From assembly GCA_047495785.1 (NCBI GenBank), contig JBLDXI010000007.1:4216001-4280000 (forward strand): a DNA stretch of 64,000 nucleotides, in the 5' to 3' direction. Position numbers and translations under genes: made by a program. Below, in pieces: positions 49,778 through 61,814 of this stretch. A model generated the notes under the pieces. It worked only from the letters and a program-made list of their open reading frames with translations, had not been told where the DNA came from and searched no databases. The DNA comes from Lepidodermella squamata. Its lineage: Eukaryota > Animalia > Gastrotricha. Positions within the stretch are counted from its first letter, which is position 1. Every line of letters starts with the position of its first letter.

Positions 49778-49892
49778 AACGCTGTTTCACAGAATGACTA
49801 TAGGGATTTTCTGAAATTTCGAATCGATTGATTAACGATGAATAAAATGAGACATCAATTAAAAAAATCAAATTTGCTATTGCTTTTTTATT

Positions 49893-50564
49893 CTAAATTC
49901 GCCTGACAGGAGGCTGTTTGAACTTCAATGACGTCACAGTATTTTGATTATTGAAACAGTGTCGAATGTTCCACATTGCGTTTCTCACATGAGGTAAATA
50001 GCTGTAGCGAAGCACGTAGTAGCCAAGGTAAGCTGAGATCGCCATCCCAGTCGGACGTTGAATTACAGACAGGACTATTGCAGCCGATTTCAGGAGTTCT
50101 CGAGCTAAAAAGTAGTTGAAGATCGGATTATCCCTACGCAAAATGACGTCGACTTTTCTATCAGCTTCCATAATTTCATCCCTAGATTCGCCATCGAACA
50201 ACTTCGTAGCGTAGCTATCGATTATGTCATAAGCTCTAACAATATTGTAGATGATGAAAGTGCTCAGCATTAGCATTGGTAATAATAGCAAGTAGTAGAT
50301 GTCTTCGAACGACACCCCATGAGGCCATCGCCATTCATTGAGTGGTTTGAGACTTCGCTCGAATTCGATTTGGTAGGCGGAGAGGCATAGCTCGCAATCC
50401 AGTCGCATAAAGGCATTTGTTGACAGGCTAGATGTTAGGCACTTCAGATGAACGAAGCCAACACTGCCACGGCATTGACAGAAATTCTCGAATAATGCGT
50501 TAGAAGTATCGATTTCCGATTTCTCGCCATAGCACACTCGACAGTAAGCATTTTCTGTCAGCAT
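49893..50564 (-). CDS. RING-CH (RINGv) MARCH-like membrane protein, copy 1
   Basis: CRVC...CQCRGSVGFVHLKCL...CELC followed by two hydrophobic segments. Intronless. Confidence 0.8.
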   Translation of the reverse strand: MLTENAYCRVCYGEKSEIDTSNALFENFCQCRGSVGFVHLKCLTSSLSTNAFMRLDCELCLSAYQIEFERSLKPLNEWRWPHGVSFEDIYYLLLLPMLMLSTFIIYNIVRAYDIIDSYATKLFDGESRDEIMEADRKVDVILRRDNPIFNYFLARELLKSAAIVLSVIQRPTGMAISAYLGYYVLRYSYLPHVRNAMWNIRHCFNNQNTVTSLKFKQPPVRRI

Positions 50565-51017
50565 TCAAAACTAGTTTGTCATTACTTTTCAGAATAGAAT
50601 GTGGTCGCTTAATATCGCCATGTTGTGCAAATAAACCTTGAACAGGAATGTAAACAATCCTAATTCTTAGAAAGATTATTAAGTTAATTTGGGATGGAAA
50701 ATTTCGTCGCTGTCCGTTAGAAAAGAGCCGGAATTCCACTACTCACTGGGAATGAGCAAAGGGGCATGGTTTTGCACTTGGGTTCCAGATTCCGAAATTC
50801 GAAGTACTGCTAGGGAAGGTTGGGATCATACCTACCATCGGTCCGCACAGTCAACTCAATTTACCACCAAGGGTCGGTTTTCCTTTTCCTTACACCAATT
50901 CTGCGGTCTTATTTCACTCTCTGAACCTGTTAGTTTCAAAATGTATCTCTATCAAGGTTCTCCATCGCAGAGCAAGAAATTATAATGTGCATTTCTGCTA
51001 TTACAGCTCTGCCGAAA

Positions 51018-54000
51018 CCCAGTCAGAAATCAGTAGACCGAGAAATAGCGAAATGATCGAATTAAGATCGAATAAAGATCTATCAACTATGATCGTAGAA
51101 ATTAGGTCACAGCTACACCGAGGCGACCATTCAAACAGCCCGAATGGTGTCAATTGCGTCTATACCCATAGATCGAGGCTCCTCGATCGCCAATAGGTCA
51201 GATTTTGTTCAGATTCGGACAAGCCATCGCCATTATTCAGCACATGTAATTATTCCACGCAGGCCTAGCCACTTGGAGTAGGCCAGGGTCGTTTTAACAG
51301 GATCTAACCAGATCGATCTAGCCAGGGTCGACCCACAAGTAGCGATGCTCTGATTTGACCAATAACTGAGCCGCGTTCTAGCTCATCAATTTCACACACA
51401 TGGATCTAAGGCGATAGATCTAGAGATGACCCACGGCAATATTCAGGTCATAAATTGTCTTGCTCGATTCAAAATTGGTTTGAGTCCAGCACGTGTCGTT
51501 ATGACGCACCATTGTTACAGCAGCAGATTTCTGAACTACTTTGAGAATGAAATACCGTAACGGGTCCTAACTTTGGACAAAACACCTTTTTTAATTAAAA
51601 AAAAATCGGTTTTCGTCTAGAAAAATGGAAAAAAATAGCCAAACCTCCGCCCAAGGAATCTGCGTGGACAGGTGAAGTTTGGAAAATTTAGAAGCTCACC
51701 TTGATTTTTAAAAAATAGGTAAAGAAACCTCTAAATTTGGACACTCGTTCCCAAATTTGGACACCTCCTTTGCATATGCTAATTCGACCTTACACACATT
51801 TTATTCCTTGTTGCGCAATTTTTCTCCTGTTTTTAAAGGCGACATTTGTAGCCACTTGACACTAAAATATTGCTACCGATAGGATTCACTCATCGTCAGA
51901 TTTAATGCAGATGTGCGCAATACCAATTATACACCAGGCACCAGGCTCTTAATACCGTTAATGAACCATGAATCTTCTCAAAACTATGATAAACCAGGTG
52001 AAGATGTCTCTAAAGCACCGAGTCTCATTTAGAACGTAGACGGAGGGATATCTGTTTGAGGTTAAACCATGGGTTGAGGTTTGAATGAGGCATGGAGTTT
52101 CTTTATCGCTGAACTATTGATATTTTTTACCGAAAGTGAACTGTCATTTGTCCCATGGTACCTGCTGTTCACCTGTTTAATTAAAGATTGGGCGCCGTCG
52201 GATTTGTATTCGGATTCATTATTATTCTCTATGCTCTCTAGCCAAAATCATGAAAGCATAGCCTAGGCCGGGAGTCATTAAGCTAATTCCAAGGTTTCAT
52301 CAATGCGTTGCCATTCTTTTCAAAAACTGACAAAAAGCATACATTTCGTTTGCATATGCATAGAGATAAAAATATCATTAAAAGTGTCCAAATTTAGAGG
52401 CTAAATTCAAAGTCACCTGTATCAAAATTGGCTTGTCCTTCTGCCAAGATTTTTTTACAGAATTTAGTTTAGGTAAATCCCTATGCGCAAACAAAATTTC
52501 AGCCCTAACCGTTCACAGGTGAGCATTTGGCAAAGGGGGTCCCAAAACACCTTTCTGAGTGATCGAGCTTCGGCGATTTTTCGCAAATCGATAGTACATG
52601 AAAGTATTGGCAAATTTGGTACCGTTGGAAGGCCCATGAAGGGAGCTATTTTTCAGTGAACATTTTTAATTTTTATCAGTTATGTACAAATTGATATTTG
52701 GGTCTAAAGCTCAAAGTGTCCAAATTTGGGGTGTCCAAATTTAGGGCGCGTTACGGTAAATCTCTCATTTCGCAATTCTTCAATCTAATTCGAATTTGTT
52801 ATTTTTCATCATAATTTTGGTTTGAGTTTGTTGAGGCTGACTTGCTTTTTTCACTGCTATGCTAAAGGCTAAGGCTATGCTGCTACCTCAACACTCTTAG
52901 TTGATAGTCTTAGTAAACTTATTATGAAACCACATAACCGCTAAACCACGTGTAGTTTCTAGTTTTCGAACCCTAATTTAACCGACTGTGCTAATTAAAC
53001 TTCAGCCACACATTTCATATTTTTAGAATTTTATCAATTTCCATGCCGATGTCACGGGCGAGAAATGGGGAATCGCAATTATCGCGGACTTCCTGCGTGG
53101 AAATTCGGCCGTAGTACAGGCTTGAAATGACCGTCTATTTTTTCCTGAATTTTGTAAATAATTATTTTACTTAAGATCGTTCCGTCACCTCAATTTTTTT
53201 GTGAAATCGCTTCAGGTTCAACACTGCAACACGTCAACAAGGCAGTCGTGATCTACTTGGTTTGTTATTTGTTCCGAAAATTCCACCTTAATTGTTGAAG
53301 CTACCTCATATAGGATTGCTAGTATCCTGTCGAACCTGCCTCACAAGGCTGACTGGTAAACGGCCGAAGACATCGTCAATTTCGGCATGTCATCCATCAT
53401 CCAATGCCGAGTCTCAGTTACAAGATTGTATGAAAACCAACTGCGCGGTAAGAAAATTACCTGCCTGTAAAATGTAGTTGAAAAACAAAACAAATTGGTG
53501 AAATTTCAACAAAATTATTAGGATCCTGAAATAATTTGTAAAGTCAACCTTTAATGCTCTCGTAGAATTTTCTGAGGCCAAGATTGTTTACCAATGATAC
53601 GAAAGTTTCCGCTATCCAATTTAGATGAATTACGCATTTATGAAGCAAAAATCAAAATTTTCAATTTTTTTTAATTTCCTGATTTTCAGTTTTCAGAGAA
53701 GGAAGAAAATTTGGAATTCGAAACAATTATCGAGCGTTTGTGGCTAAAAGCTGCGGCTATCGGCTGGTTAGCAAAAAATATTTTCTGAAATTCTCATGTA
53801 ATTATTTCATTTTATTTTTTCCCCTGAAGCTTCAGCAATTTTCGCCGAATACTAATCGTTTGTCGAATTCAACCACCGTGAAATCGTGAGGGTAAGAAAA
53901 ATGAATTTTTAACAATATTTTGTTTTATGGTATCAGCAATAATAAACAATTCAAGTTATTAAATTTTTTTCTAAATTGGTTCACAATTTTTGGCGAATTT

Positions 54001-54724
54001 CAACCCGAATCTCGATCGACGTGAAAATGGTAAGACAATTTTGCAGCTATTTTTTTTATTTATTTATAGGAAAAATGTTTAGGTTCACCGTGCCAAGATA
54101 ACGTGCTAAATTGCCTTATCGCCGATTTAATTCGAGCTCCCATTTCAGGTAAGACCCCTGATTATAGCGAAAAATGCGATTCTCATCTTCAATTTATTTT
54201 CAGAGATGGAAGTTTGAAGATTTTCGCTTGACTGAAGCCGCGAATGAAGAGTGACGACGACAAGGCGAAATAACTCGATTCAATTTCAACAATTCCAGGA
54301 ACCAAGTCGTAGCCGGCTCGAAATTTCAAGCAGAGAGACATCATTTTTAATATTTATGTGATTTGTGATCAATTGCTTCATCGTGATAATAAGAATTGAT
54401 TATTGCTTAATGTTTTTAATAAATAAATGAAATTATTGGAATAATTGCTTCCTATGAGGGTAACTGAACCAAGTGGAGGAACAGCCGGGGCAAGCCGTGA
54501 TTCATGCGGGCTGTTCAAGCCGGTATTATGAACTAGATCTACGCACGATCTAATCGCGAAAGTTTAGACCCACCGCCGGTCTATCCATCAGGATCTATCC
54601 GCCGTCTAGGTAGTCGCTAGCTAGATCTACCCCAGTGTCATTTTTCGCATCCCACACGATCTATCCAGATAGACCCAATAATAGCGGTTAGGGTCTAGCT
54701 AGGATCTATTTTTTTACGACTGGG
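51018..54724. mobile_element. CACTA/EnSpm-like (CMC) non-autonomous element, about 3.7 kb
   Basis: Termini CCCAGTC...GACTGGG flanked by a 2-bp AA duplication. Many subterminal GATCTA/TAGATC motifs in both end regions. Confidence 0.65.
51555..52756. mobile_element. pogo/Tc1-mariner-like non-autonomous element nested in the CACTA-like element
   Basis: TA|CCGTAACGGGTCCTAACTTTGGACA ... TGTCCAAATTTAGGGCGCGTTACGG|TA, with repeated subterminal aaatttggacac motifs. Confidence 0.8.
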
Positions 54725-54890
54725 AAATTCACGATTCACGCCGTTTTTGTCCTACAGCCGATTTTCTTGAAAAAAGTCGTGCATGTACCTCATTTTTATT
54801 CCAGCAATAACGAAATGAAAAAATTGATATTCTTCGATACTTAAAAGACTTGAATCTAGGCGCAACAATTTTATTGTAATTTCTCTAATC

Positions 54891-55559
54891 TCAAGCAAAA
54901 TTCAGCCTGGCGACAGGGGGCTGATTAAACATCACCGAAGTAACAGTATTCGCTTTGATGAAACAATACTGAATATTCGACAGTGTAATTTCCAACTCGG
55001 GCCAATACATGTAACGAAAGACGTAGTAACACAAGTAAGCAGTAACAAGCATCATGAGAGGGCTGTGAATCAAAGAGACAAACGCGACGATTACAGTTAT
55101 CGCACGGTGCAACAAATACGAGCCGTAATCATTTTTCAGCGACTCCGCAGTCTTCTCCATCGCGGCTTTGAAAGATTCGCCCGTTTCGAGAAAAATTTCA
55201 ATGAAATGGTCTTCGATGCCTGTTTCTTCCATTATTCGAAAAATCGCCATTGTAATCACGATTGAAATAGGCAGTAGTAACAGGAAGAAAATGTCCTCAG
55301 CACTGATGCCCCTAGGCCAGCGCCATTGCTTCAAAGGCTTCAGCTTTCGTTTAACCGTGACTTGGTACCGCTCGAGGCATAGTTCGCAGTCCAGGTGCAC
55401 GAAGGCATGCGTTGCTAAGCAGGAAGTTAGGCAGTGAAGGTGGATGTAGGCAACGCTGCCGCGGCACTGGCAGAAATTTTCGTAGAGGCACGTCTCGCTG
55501 CTCGATGGGTCGTGTTCGCCATAGCACACGCGGCAATAGATGTTAGGGTTCACAGACAT
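54891..55559 (-). CDS. RING-CH MARCH-like membrane protein, copy 2
   Basis: Paralog of the 49893 gene: CRVC..CQCRGSVAYIHLHCL..CELC plus 2 TM. Confidence 0.8.
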   Translation of the reverse strand: MSVNPNIYCRVCYGEHDPSSSETCLYENFCQCRGSVAYIHLHCLTSCLATHAFVHLDCELCLERYQVTVKRKLKPLKQWRWPRGISAEDIFFLLLLPISIVITMAIFRIMEETGIEDHFIEIFLETGESFKAAMEKTAESLKNDYGSYLLHRAITVIVAFVSLIHSPLMMLVTAYLCYYVFRYMYWPELEITLSNIQYCFIKANTVTSVMFNQPPVARLNFA

Positions 55560-56534
55560 TTCAGGTATTATTTAGCTGACATATTTCTTTCCTGTGAGCC
55601 TAACGCGGTCGAAAACAACAGCTGCGTGTTTTAGAGTAAACAAGTCGTCAGTAGTGAAACTTTGAGTTGGCATAACTTCAAATTCAAAATCCAAGATAAC
55701 TGAAAAGTTCTATCACGTACTACGATTTAATAAATTTTGGTAAGATTTCTTTTAACAAAACCGCAAAATCATTGTTCATTTGTGAAATTTAGGCATCCTT
55801 TTGAGTTGTGATTTTATGCTGTTTTTTGAAATTATAAATTAATAAAGTACACGGTACAAAATACAAGGCAGTTTTAGTCAAATTGAAATTAGAAATGTTA
55901 GAATTGGAATTTCGTAGTCCAAGACGCGAGACTCTTCCATGTTGGTCACGCGCCGATGGTCATAAAATTCTGACTTTACAGAAATGATAGTTACAAAATA
56001 TGATTACAAACTATTGTTGACGGGTTTTTCACCATCAAATGAAATGGCCAAGTTTTACCCTCTTTGATCTTCTCATTGAAACTTTGAGTCGGGAAAAAGT
56101 TAACGAAGAAAAGCTGCGGCTGATTTTAAACAAAATAAATCGACAGTACGGCATGATAGTGACATTTCCGACTTCAAATTGGCGTTGTTTGTCAACTTTT
56201 GAAGTGTGCTATATTAACTAACCAGTCAAGCTATCAGTGCGAAATGTCCTCAGGTAGTCTTTTTGAGTACAACTCAGAGCGGTCAAATATCAGGGGATCA
56301 ATGCACTGTTTGAAGGTACTAAATTCAATCGCCTGTGACAATATTGAAAATGTTTAGCATGCTAAAGTGAATCTCGCACTCAGTATATTATGCTATTTCG
56401 CATAAAAAGTAAACAAACGATATTAAGCCTACTCAAGAGACTATGCGATCTGTTTCATTGTCAGATCACGTTCACTAGAAAAAACTCACCAGAGACTCGG
56501 CTAAACATCGCAGAATGGAAACATCTCCAACTGT

Positions 56535-57714
56535 ATGATAAACAAAATGTTACTGAAAATTGTCATTTTAGTTTACCTAACTACCCGGTCATTATCTGCT
56601 CAATCGGAATATGTCCAAATACGAAAGCCGCAATTTTCCTTACTGCCAAACGTAACTGCGTTTGAGAACGACGAAAACGTAAGAGCGAGATGGAATTTCA
56701 CCTCACCTTACCCGAAAATTGTGAGCGAAGGCCGCTCGCCACCTGTCCTTCGACTGTTCCCGCTAGTCGGCAGCTCAAACATCGGATACATGGTCAGTAA
56801 AGACCCAATACCCACGAATTGGACCAACTGGAAATTCGAGATGCGTTTCAAAATCTGGGGAGCCGTTAATCGAGTCTCGGGCGATGGGATTGCGGTTTCG
56901 TTCTCCGCGCCCAGCCAATACCCGCCTCTCGTAGTTAGCGAACTGACTGGGCCGTCTCATCACCTAACAGATGGATTTTCGATAAGCTTAGACACTCACA
57001 TTTACTGGGAGCCTCAACGACATGAGTTATACGCTTCAATGGCGAAGAATGATTATTTGCCAAAAGCTATCGTTGCAACTTGCGGACAGATGGCTGACCA
57101 AGAATTGCGAAATCGGGTTGAAGTGTTGACTATCGACAAGTTTGGAGATTACGTCACTGTTCGGCTTAAAATCGAGTCCAGTGGCGAGCAGTTGTGTATT
57201 TTCAAGTTTCCGGTCAAGATGCTGCTCGACCAGAAGGGCAGTATGGAGGTGCCGCTACATTTGGGCATCACAGCTTGGGGCGATAGTGCATCGGATAATC
57301 ATGACATTCTGTCTATGAATTTCTACCAAGTCCTTCCAAGTGAGTTTAATTCCTAATTCATAATATTATCCCAATCTCATGTTGGAATTGACTAATTTTG
57401 AAAAATATTCATCTGCAGAATATGTTGCTAACAATACCGAGGTACCGAAAATCGCGAGTCAAAAGTCACCGACCTCCAAGCCTTTAACCGGCTCTAGAAA
57501 GGACTGCGACGACCTCAACCAACGCTTGATTATAGCCGCCCTGACCTTCGCTATCATCGACTTTCTACTTCTTCTGGCCATGCTGCTGCTATACTTGATT
57601 CGTCATAATCAGGAAAGAAGAATACAGAAGTCACTTTTTGTATCAACACAGGTCGTTCATTGTTCCGACCGACCATTTCTAGAAGACAGAGGGAGGCATG
57701 TTGAAGACGAATAA
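56535..57714 (+). CDS. Type I membrane L-type lectin (VIP36/ERGIC-53-like), 2 exons
   Basis: Signal peptide, VLRL, SGDGIAVSF, SISLDT and LGITA..DNHDILS motifs. The second exon carries the TM helix LIIAALTFAIIDFLLLLAMLLLYLI. Confidence 0.8.
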
Positions 57715-57758
57715 AAGTTATTTTATTTTGTTACAAGAATCAATTTTTAACGTTTTTT

Positions 57759-58475
57759 TCAATAAGCCCCATACGAGTTCAAAACCTCAGCAACATTTGT
57801 TTTCCCATCTTCAATGGCCATTGCTAAAGCTGTAGCCCCATTCGCGTCTTTCGCGTTCAAATCCGCTCCTTTTGCAATGATGTATTCAGCAATATGGGAA
57901 TAATCCCCATTGCTAGCACCAGCGGCTATCATCAGAGGAGTCCAGCTATCCTTAGTGACGCAATTCACGTCAGCCAAATTTTCGCCAGTCCCTTCCATTC
58001 CAAACTCGCAAAGCATGTAGACGCAACTCAGCTGGCCATTTTGAACTGCGTAGTGAAGAGCTGACCAGCCATCTTCAAACCCCTTTTGATTGACGAGATT
58101 TCGAAGATTTCTCAGTTTCGAAGACCTGTTTCGTTCATCCTCAAGGCGGAGTTTGGCATTGAGGAGATAATCTACGATAAAGTCATAGCCTTCGTAGCAA
58201 CAGGCGTGAAGACCAGTTTCGCCATCGAAATACCAATTCTTGTAAACTCTCATGCCCTCTAACTCAACGCCATGCCTTAGTTTGCTGTAAGTAGTTCCAA
58301 TGAGAGTCAGAGGATCGCAGCGACTGCCTTGTAGCAATGTTTCAATCAGAGACAAATCGCCATCTAAACAAGCTGTTAGAAACAGTTTCTCCAGCTCAAT
58401 CGAAGGTGCTGGTAGAGCATTATTTGGAACAATCTCATTAGAAATTCTACGCAAAGCACTTGATAATCGCTGCAT
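57759..58475 (-). CDS. Ankyrin repeat protein
   Basis: GETGLHACC, GWSALHYAV, WTPLMIAA and GATALAMA repeats. Confidence 0.9.
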   Translation of the reverse strand: MQRLSSALRRISNEIVPNNALPAPSIELEKLFLTACLDGDLSLIETLLQGSRCDPLTLIGTTYSKLRHGVELEGMRVYKNWYFDGETGLHACCYEGYDFIVDYLLNAKLRLEDERNRSSKLRNLRNLVNQKGFEDGWSALHYAVQNGQLSCVYMLCEFGMEGTGENLADVNCVTKDSWTPLMIAAGASNGDYSHIAEYIIAKGADLNAKDANGATALAMAIEDGKTNVAEVLNSYGAY

Positions 58476-58547
58476 TTTTAAGGATAATAACACGTTACTG
58501 ATAAAAAGCTTTATTTTTGTACTCTGGAGATAAGGAAACAAGATGAC

Positions 58548-59204
58548 TCATTGAAGTTCCAGTTTGATAACCGGAGGCATCACGAATTCAATAGAAAATT
58601 CCCCATTTTCAATGTAAAATTGAGCTCGAGTGCGTTTTATCGCTAGTTGAAGCCTCGGTAAGTAATACAGTTTCATCAAATGGTACAGTCCAATTACTTC
58701 CAGGACCAAAATTGGTAGAAATATCGATCGCTTGATGACTCGCATTCGAAAAGACTCGACTTGCTCATCGTCTTCTTCGGGCTCCCAAACTTTCTGTAGC
58801 AGCGTGTGGTCTAAATCTCGAACCCAAATGTCGATTCTTGTTGTCAGCTCGCTCGGCCAGTAGGGTTTGAGGTAAAACATACTTGCCAAGAAGGTAAAAA
58901 CAATCAAGAAGACTTTGGGCAGAACCAGCAAGACCTCGACATCTTCCGGGTCGAATTTCGGCATTTTCCACTGGTTGAATGGCTTCAGACGCTGGCAGCA
59001 ACGGATTTGATACGGCTCTCGGCATAGCTCACATTTTGTTTTCACAAAATGGGAAGCGGCAAGGTCTTGCATCAAGCATTTTCTATGTATGAAAGCTAGG
59101 GAGCCTTTGCATTGGCAGAAATTTGAGTAAAGTCTAGATTCTTCACTAGCTGGGTCGTAGCAAAGGCGACAGATGACAGTGTCACTTACTGTGTTTTCTA
59201 ACAT
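58548..59204 (-). CDS. RING-CH MARCH-like membrane protein, copy 3
   Basis: CRLC..CQCKGSLAFIHRKCL..CELC plus 2 TM. More divergent paralog. Confidence 0.8.
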   Translation of the reverse strand: MLENTVSDTVICRLCYDPASEESRLYSNFCQCKGSLAFIHRKCLMQDLAASHFVKTKCELCREPYQIRCCQRLKPFNQWKMPKFDPEDVEVLLVLPKVFLIVFTFLASMFYLKPYWPSELTTRIDIWVRDLDHTLLQKVWEPEEDDEQVESFRMRVIKRSIFLPILVLEVIGLYHLMKLYYLPRLQLAIKRTRAQFYIENGEFSIEFVMPPVIKLELQ

Positions 59205-59388
59205 TTTCTGAATAACTGAATGATATCGCTATGCTCGTGGGTGTATCAATAATCGGCTATTCACAGCCATCAATGGGTTCTACAACCCACCCACGTTTTT
59301 GAGTCTCGTAGGCGTAACTATTGACCATTCATGTCGAAGATGAGGCGATTCATGAGTTTTTAGTGCATAATCCGAAAATTTGTTGAAA

Positions 59389-60871
59389 ATGCCAGAATAC
59401 GTTCACGTCATTGGAATCAGGCGCAAAATCAAGGTCGCGCAACTTGCAACTTTTGGCACGATCGCCCTCTGGCTCGGCTACTGGGTCTACCAATGGAACC
59501 TGCCAGCGATTGTCCTAAACAGGTTCTCCAGAGACATTTCTATGGCTCATGAGAATGAAATGAGACTGCTGCGAGTGGCTAATACGTGCAACCATCATTT
59601 CAGCACCCCGGATTCGAGACCTCGGCCTATGGACTGGCAAAAGTTCAGCTATCAACGGCAGGTGAAGAAGTACGGTACTTGGTGGGAGCCATTCTACGTC
59701 AATGACAAATACAAGCTTCTGTACTGCATGTAAGCTGCATATTTATGTGTTATGAATGTGTTCAGAAAGTAGCTATTCTTAGAACACCTCAGGTAGCTAC
59801 AACAAGCAATATGCGGTATTTGATCAAACTCAGCCAGCCAGATTATCTGCAAGGAAATGAAGAGAACGAGCGTGAGATCGACGAGCTTGACGTTCACGGC
59901 AAGATTTTCTCGTCCCCCTATCTCAAATCTATTCAAGAGTACACTGCTGAAGAAGCGAAGGAAATTTTCGAGACTTACACAAAATTTATGTGGGTGAGAG
60001 ATCCGCTCGACAGACTGCTTTCGGCGTGGAAAGAGCTGCTAACAGAATACCAGGAAGACTTTTCATACGATGTAATTCAATTTGTCATTTTTAGCTTAAC
60101 TTTTAATTTTTAATATAATACAGCACGGCTCAAAGATAATTCGAAGATATCGAGCCAACGCTACACCGGAGGAAATTGAGCAGGGTTACCCAGTCAAATT
60201 CACAGAATTCTTGCAGTACATCGCGAATTTTCCGTTCCCCAATCGAGCTTTTGATATTCATTGGTAAGCCTTTGGCTCGGTTATTAATTTTTCAAATTAT
60301 TTACCTTCCCATTCCCAGTTCCCAGAATCTGTTTCATTTTTTATATGATTTATTCATCAAAAACAGAAGTACTCTCTTTGAAAAATAGAATACTTCAATT
60401 TTTTTCAAGATCTGTACCGGTTACGGTCAAGAAACTAAATTCAGAGCTCATGTCTGGCCAAGCATTTTCAGTCTTTTAATTTTTCGTTCTTTTTTCATGA
60501 ACAGGAGGCCAATGTATGATATTTGCATGCTCTGCCAGATTAAGTGAGTTTCAGCTTCCTAATATCCGTAACATCACTCTCTAACTCTATAATATTATAG
60601 GTACAATTTTATCGGAAGAATGGAGAATCTACAAACTGAACTTGATTATTTCACGAGACAAATACTTAAAAACGCAACTCAAGCGGACTCCCCGAAGGCG
60701 ATAAAAATTCCGCGACTGCAAAAGCCGCATTCGCCCTTTTTCAACAAGAATGACTTTCTCCAAACAGTTCCTCGTGATCTTGTTGCGAAAGCCCTTGAAA
60801 GGCTGCGGTACGATTATGATTTTTTCGGCTACAGACTAGAGAAAGATCTCGAGAGAACTGGTGCACAATAA
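59389..60871 (+). CDS. Golgi carbohydrate sulfotransferase (Sulfotransfer_2, CHST8-14-like), multi-exon
   Basis: Type II anchor, KYKLLYC, VRDPLDRLLSAW (3'-PB), HWRPM..C..C..YNFIGRME and YDYDFFGY motifs. Confidence 0.85.
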
Positions 60872-61814
60872 AACTTTCCATGCAGAATTGTCTTGATCGC
60901 ACTTGACGCACCCGCGCGCCCAGTTCTGGTTCCTGGTTCTCGTTCTAGGTGCGCAAAAACAATGGATGCATTAGTTTAATGACATAATTCCAGCACCCGT
61001 CACGGAAGTGTAAAAAAGTCGACAGGGTCGCACTCAAGTAACAAAATGTTGCGTGAAACAAACGCGAGAGAGTTCTTAGCTTGAAACGAGAAAAAAAAGA
61101 AAAAAACACATAAGCCGGTGCGGACAGTGCGTGCAGGTGAAAACAATTGACACGTGCGGCGCGCGATAGTCGCCCATTGCACGGGTCAAGTAAACACAGA
61201 CGGCGTCGTGAAAAACGCGACTCGACCCAGCAGAAACAACTTTTTTCGCTAATAAAATCTGGCTGCTTAACTTGAGGATGGAAATGTAGCTTCTCGTCGG
61301 GCAACAAGTCTCTTCGTTCTGCCCTGGCCTCAGACAGGGTCAATTGGTGTAAGCATGCTACACGCGTTTTTGCTCACAGAAAATGTATTGATGAGCCGTT
61401 CAAAATCTCTGATTGTTGGTTGCTTCTCTAACTTCGTCTAATACTCTCACCAGAATACGCAGGGAGCCCGTCGCCATTACATTCTGTCACAAAATTATGC
61501 TATCGATTGTTTCGATGAAGAGGTAAATTCAAGACTTCTAACTTGCGATATCCTGAATGGGCGTCGCGCTTATTGAGAAATAATTAGTTTGCACAGCTAT
61601 TTTCGACTAGTAAAAACAATGTTTTTCGCGCATGTTTTTATGCGCGCAGGTGTGTCCCTCTATTTTTGTTTCTCGCACAGCCTATTGTTTAGTAATACTC
61701 ACCCGCCTGAGGCGCGCGCGTAAACAATAGCCAAAATAAGCGCCTAAATTCTGCGTCGATTTTTTTTCACGTATTATTCTACATTTTCGTAGAGACATTA
61801 GAGTCTATTAAAAA

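Noticed and set aside
60900-61760. CG-rich intergenic stretch with short ORFs
   Set aside because: No TIR/TSD pair or coding signature found.
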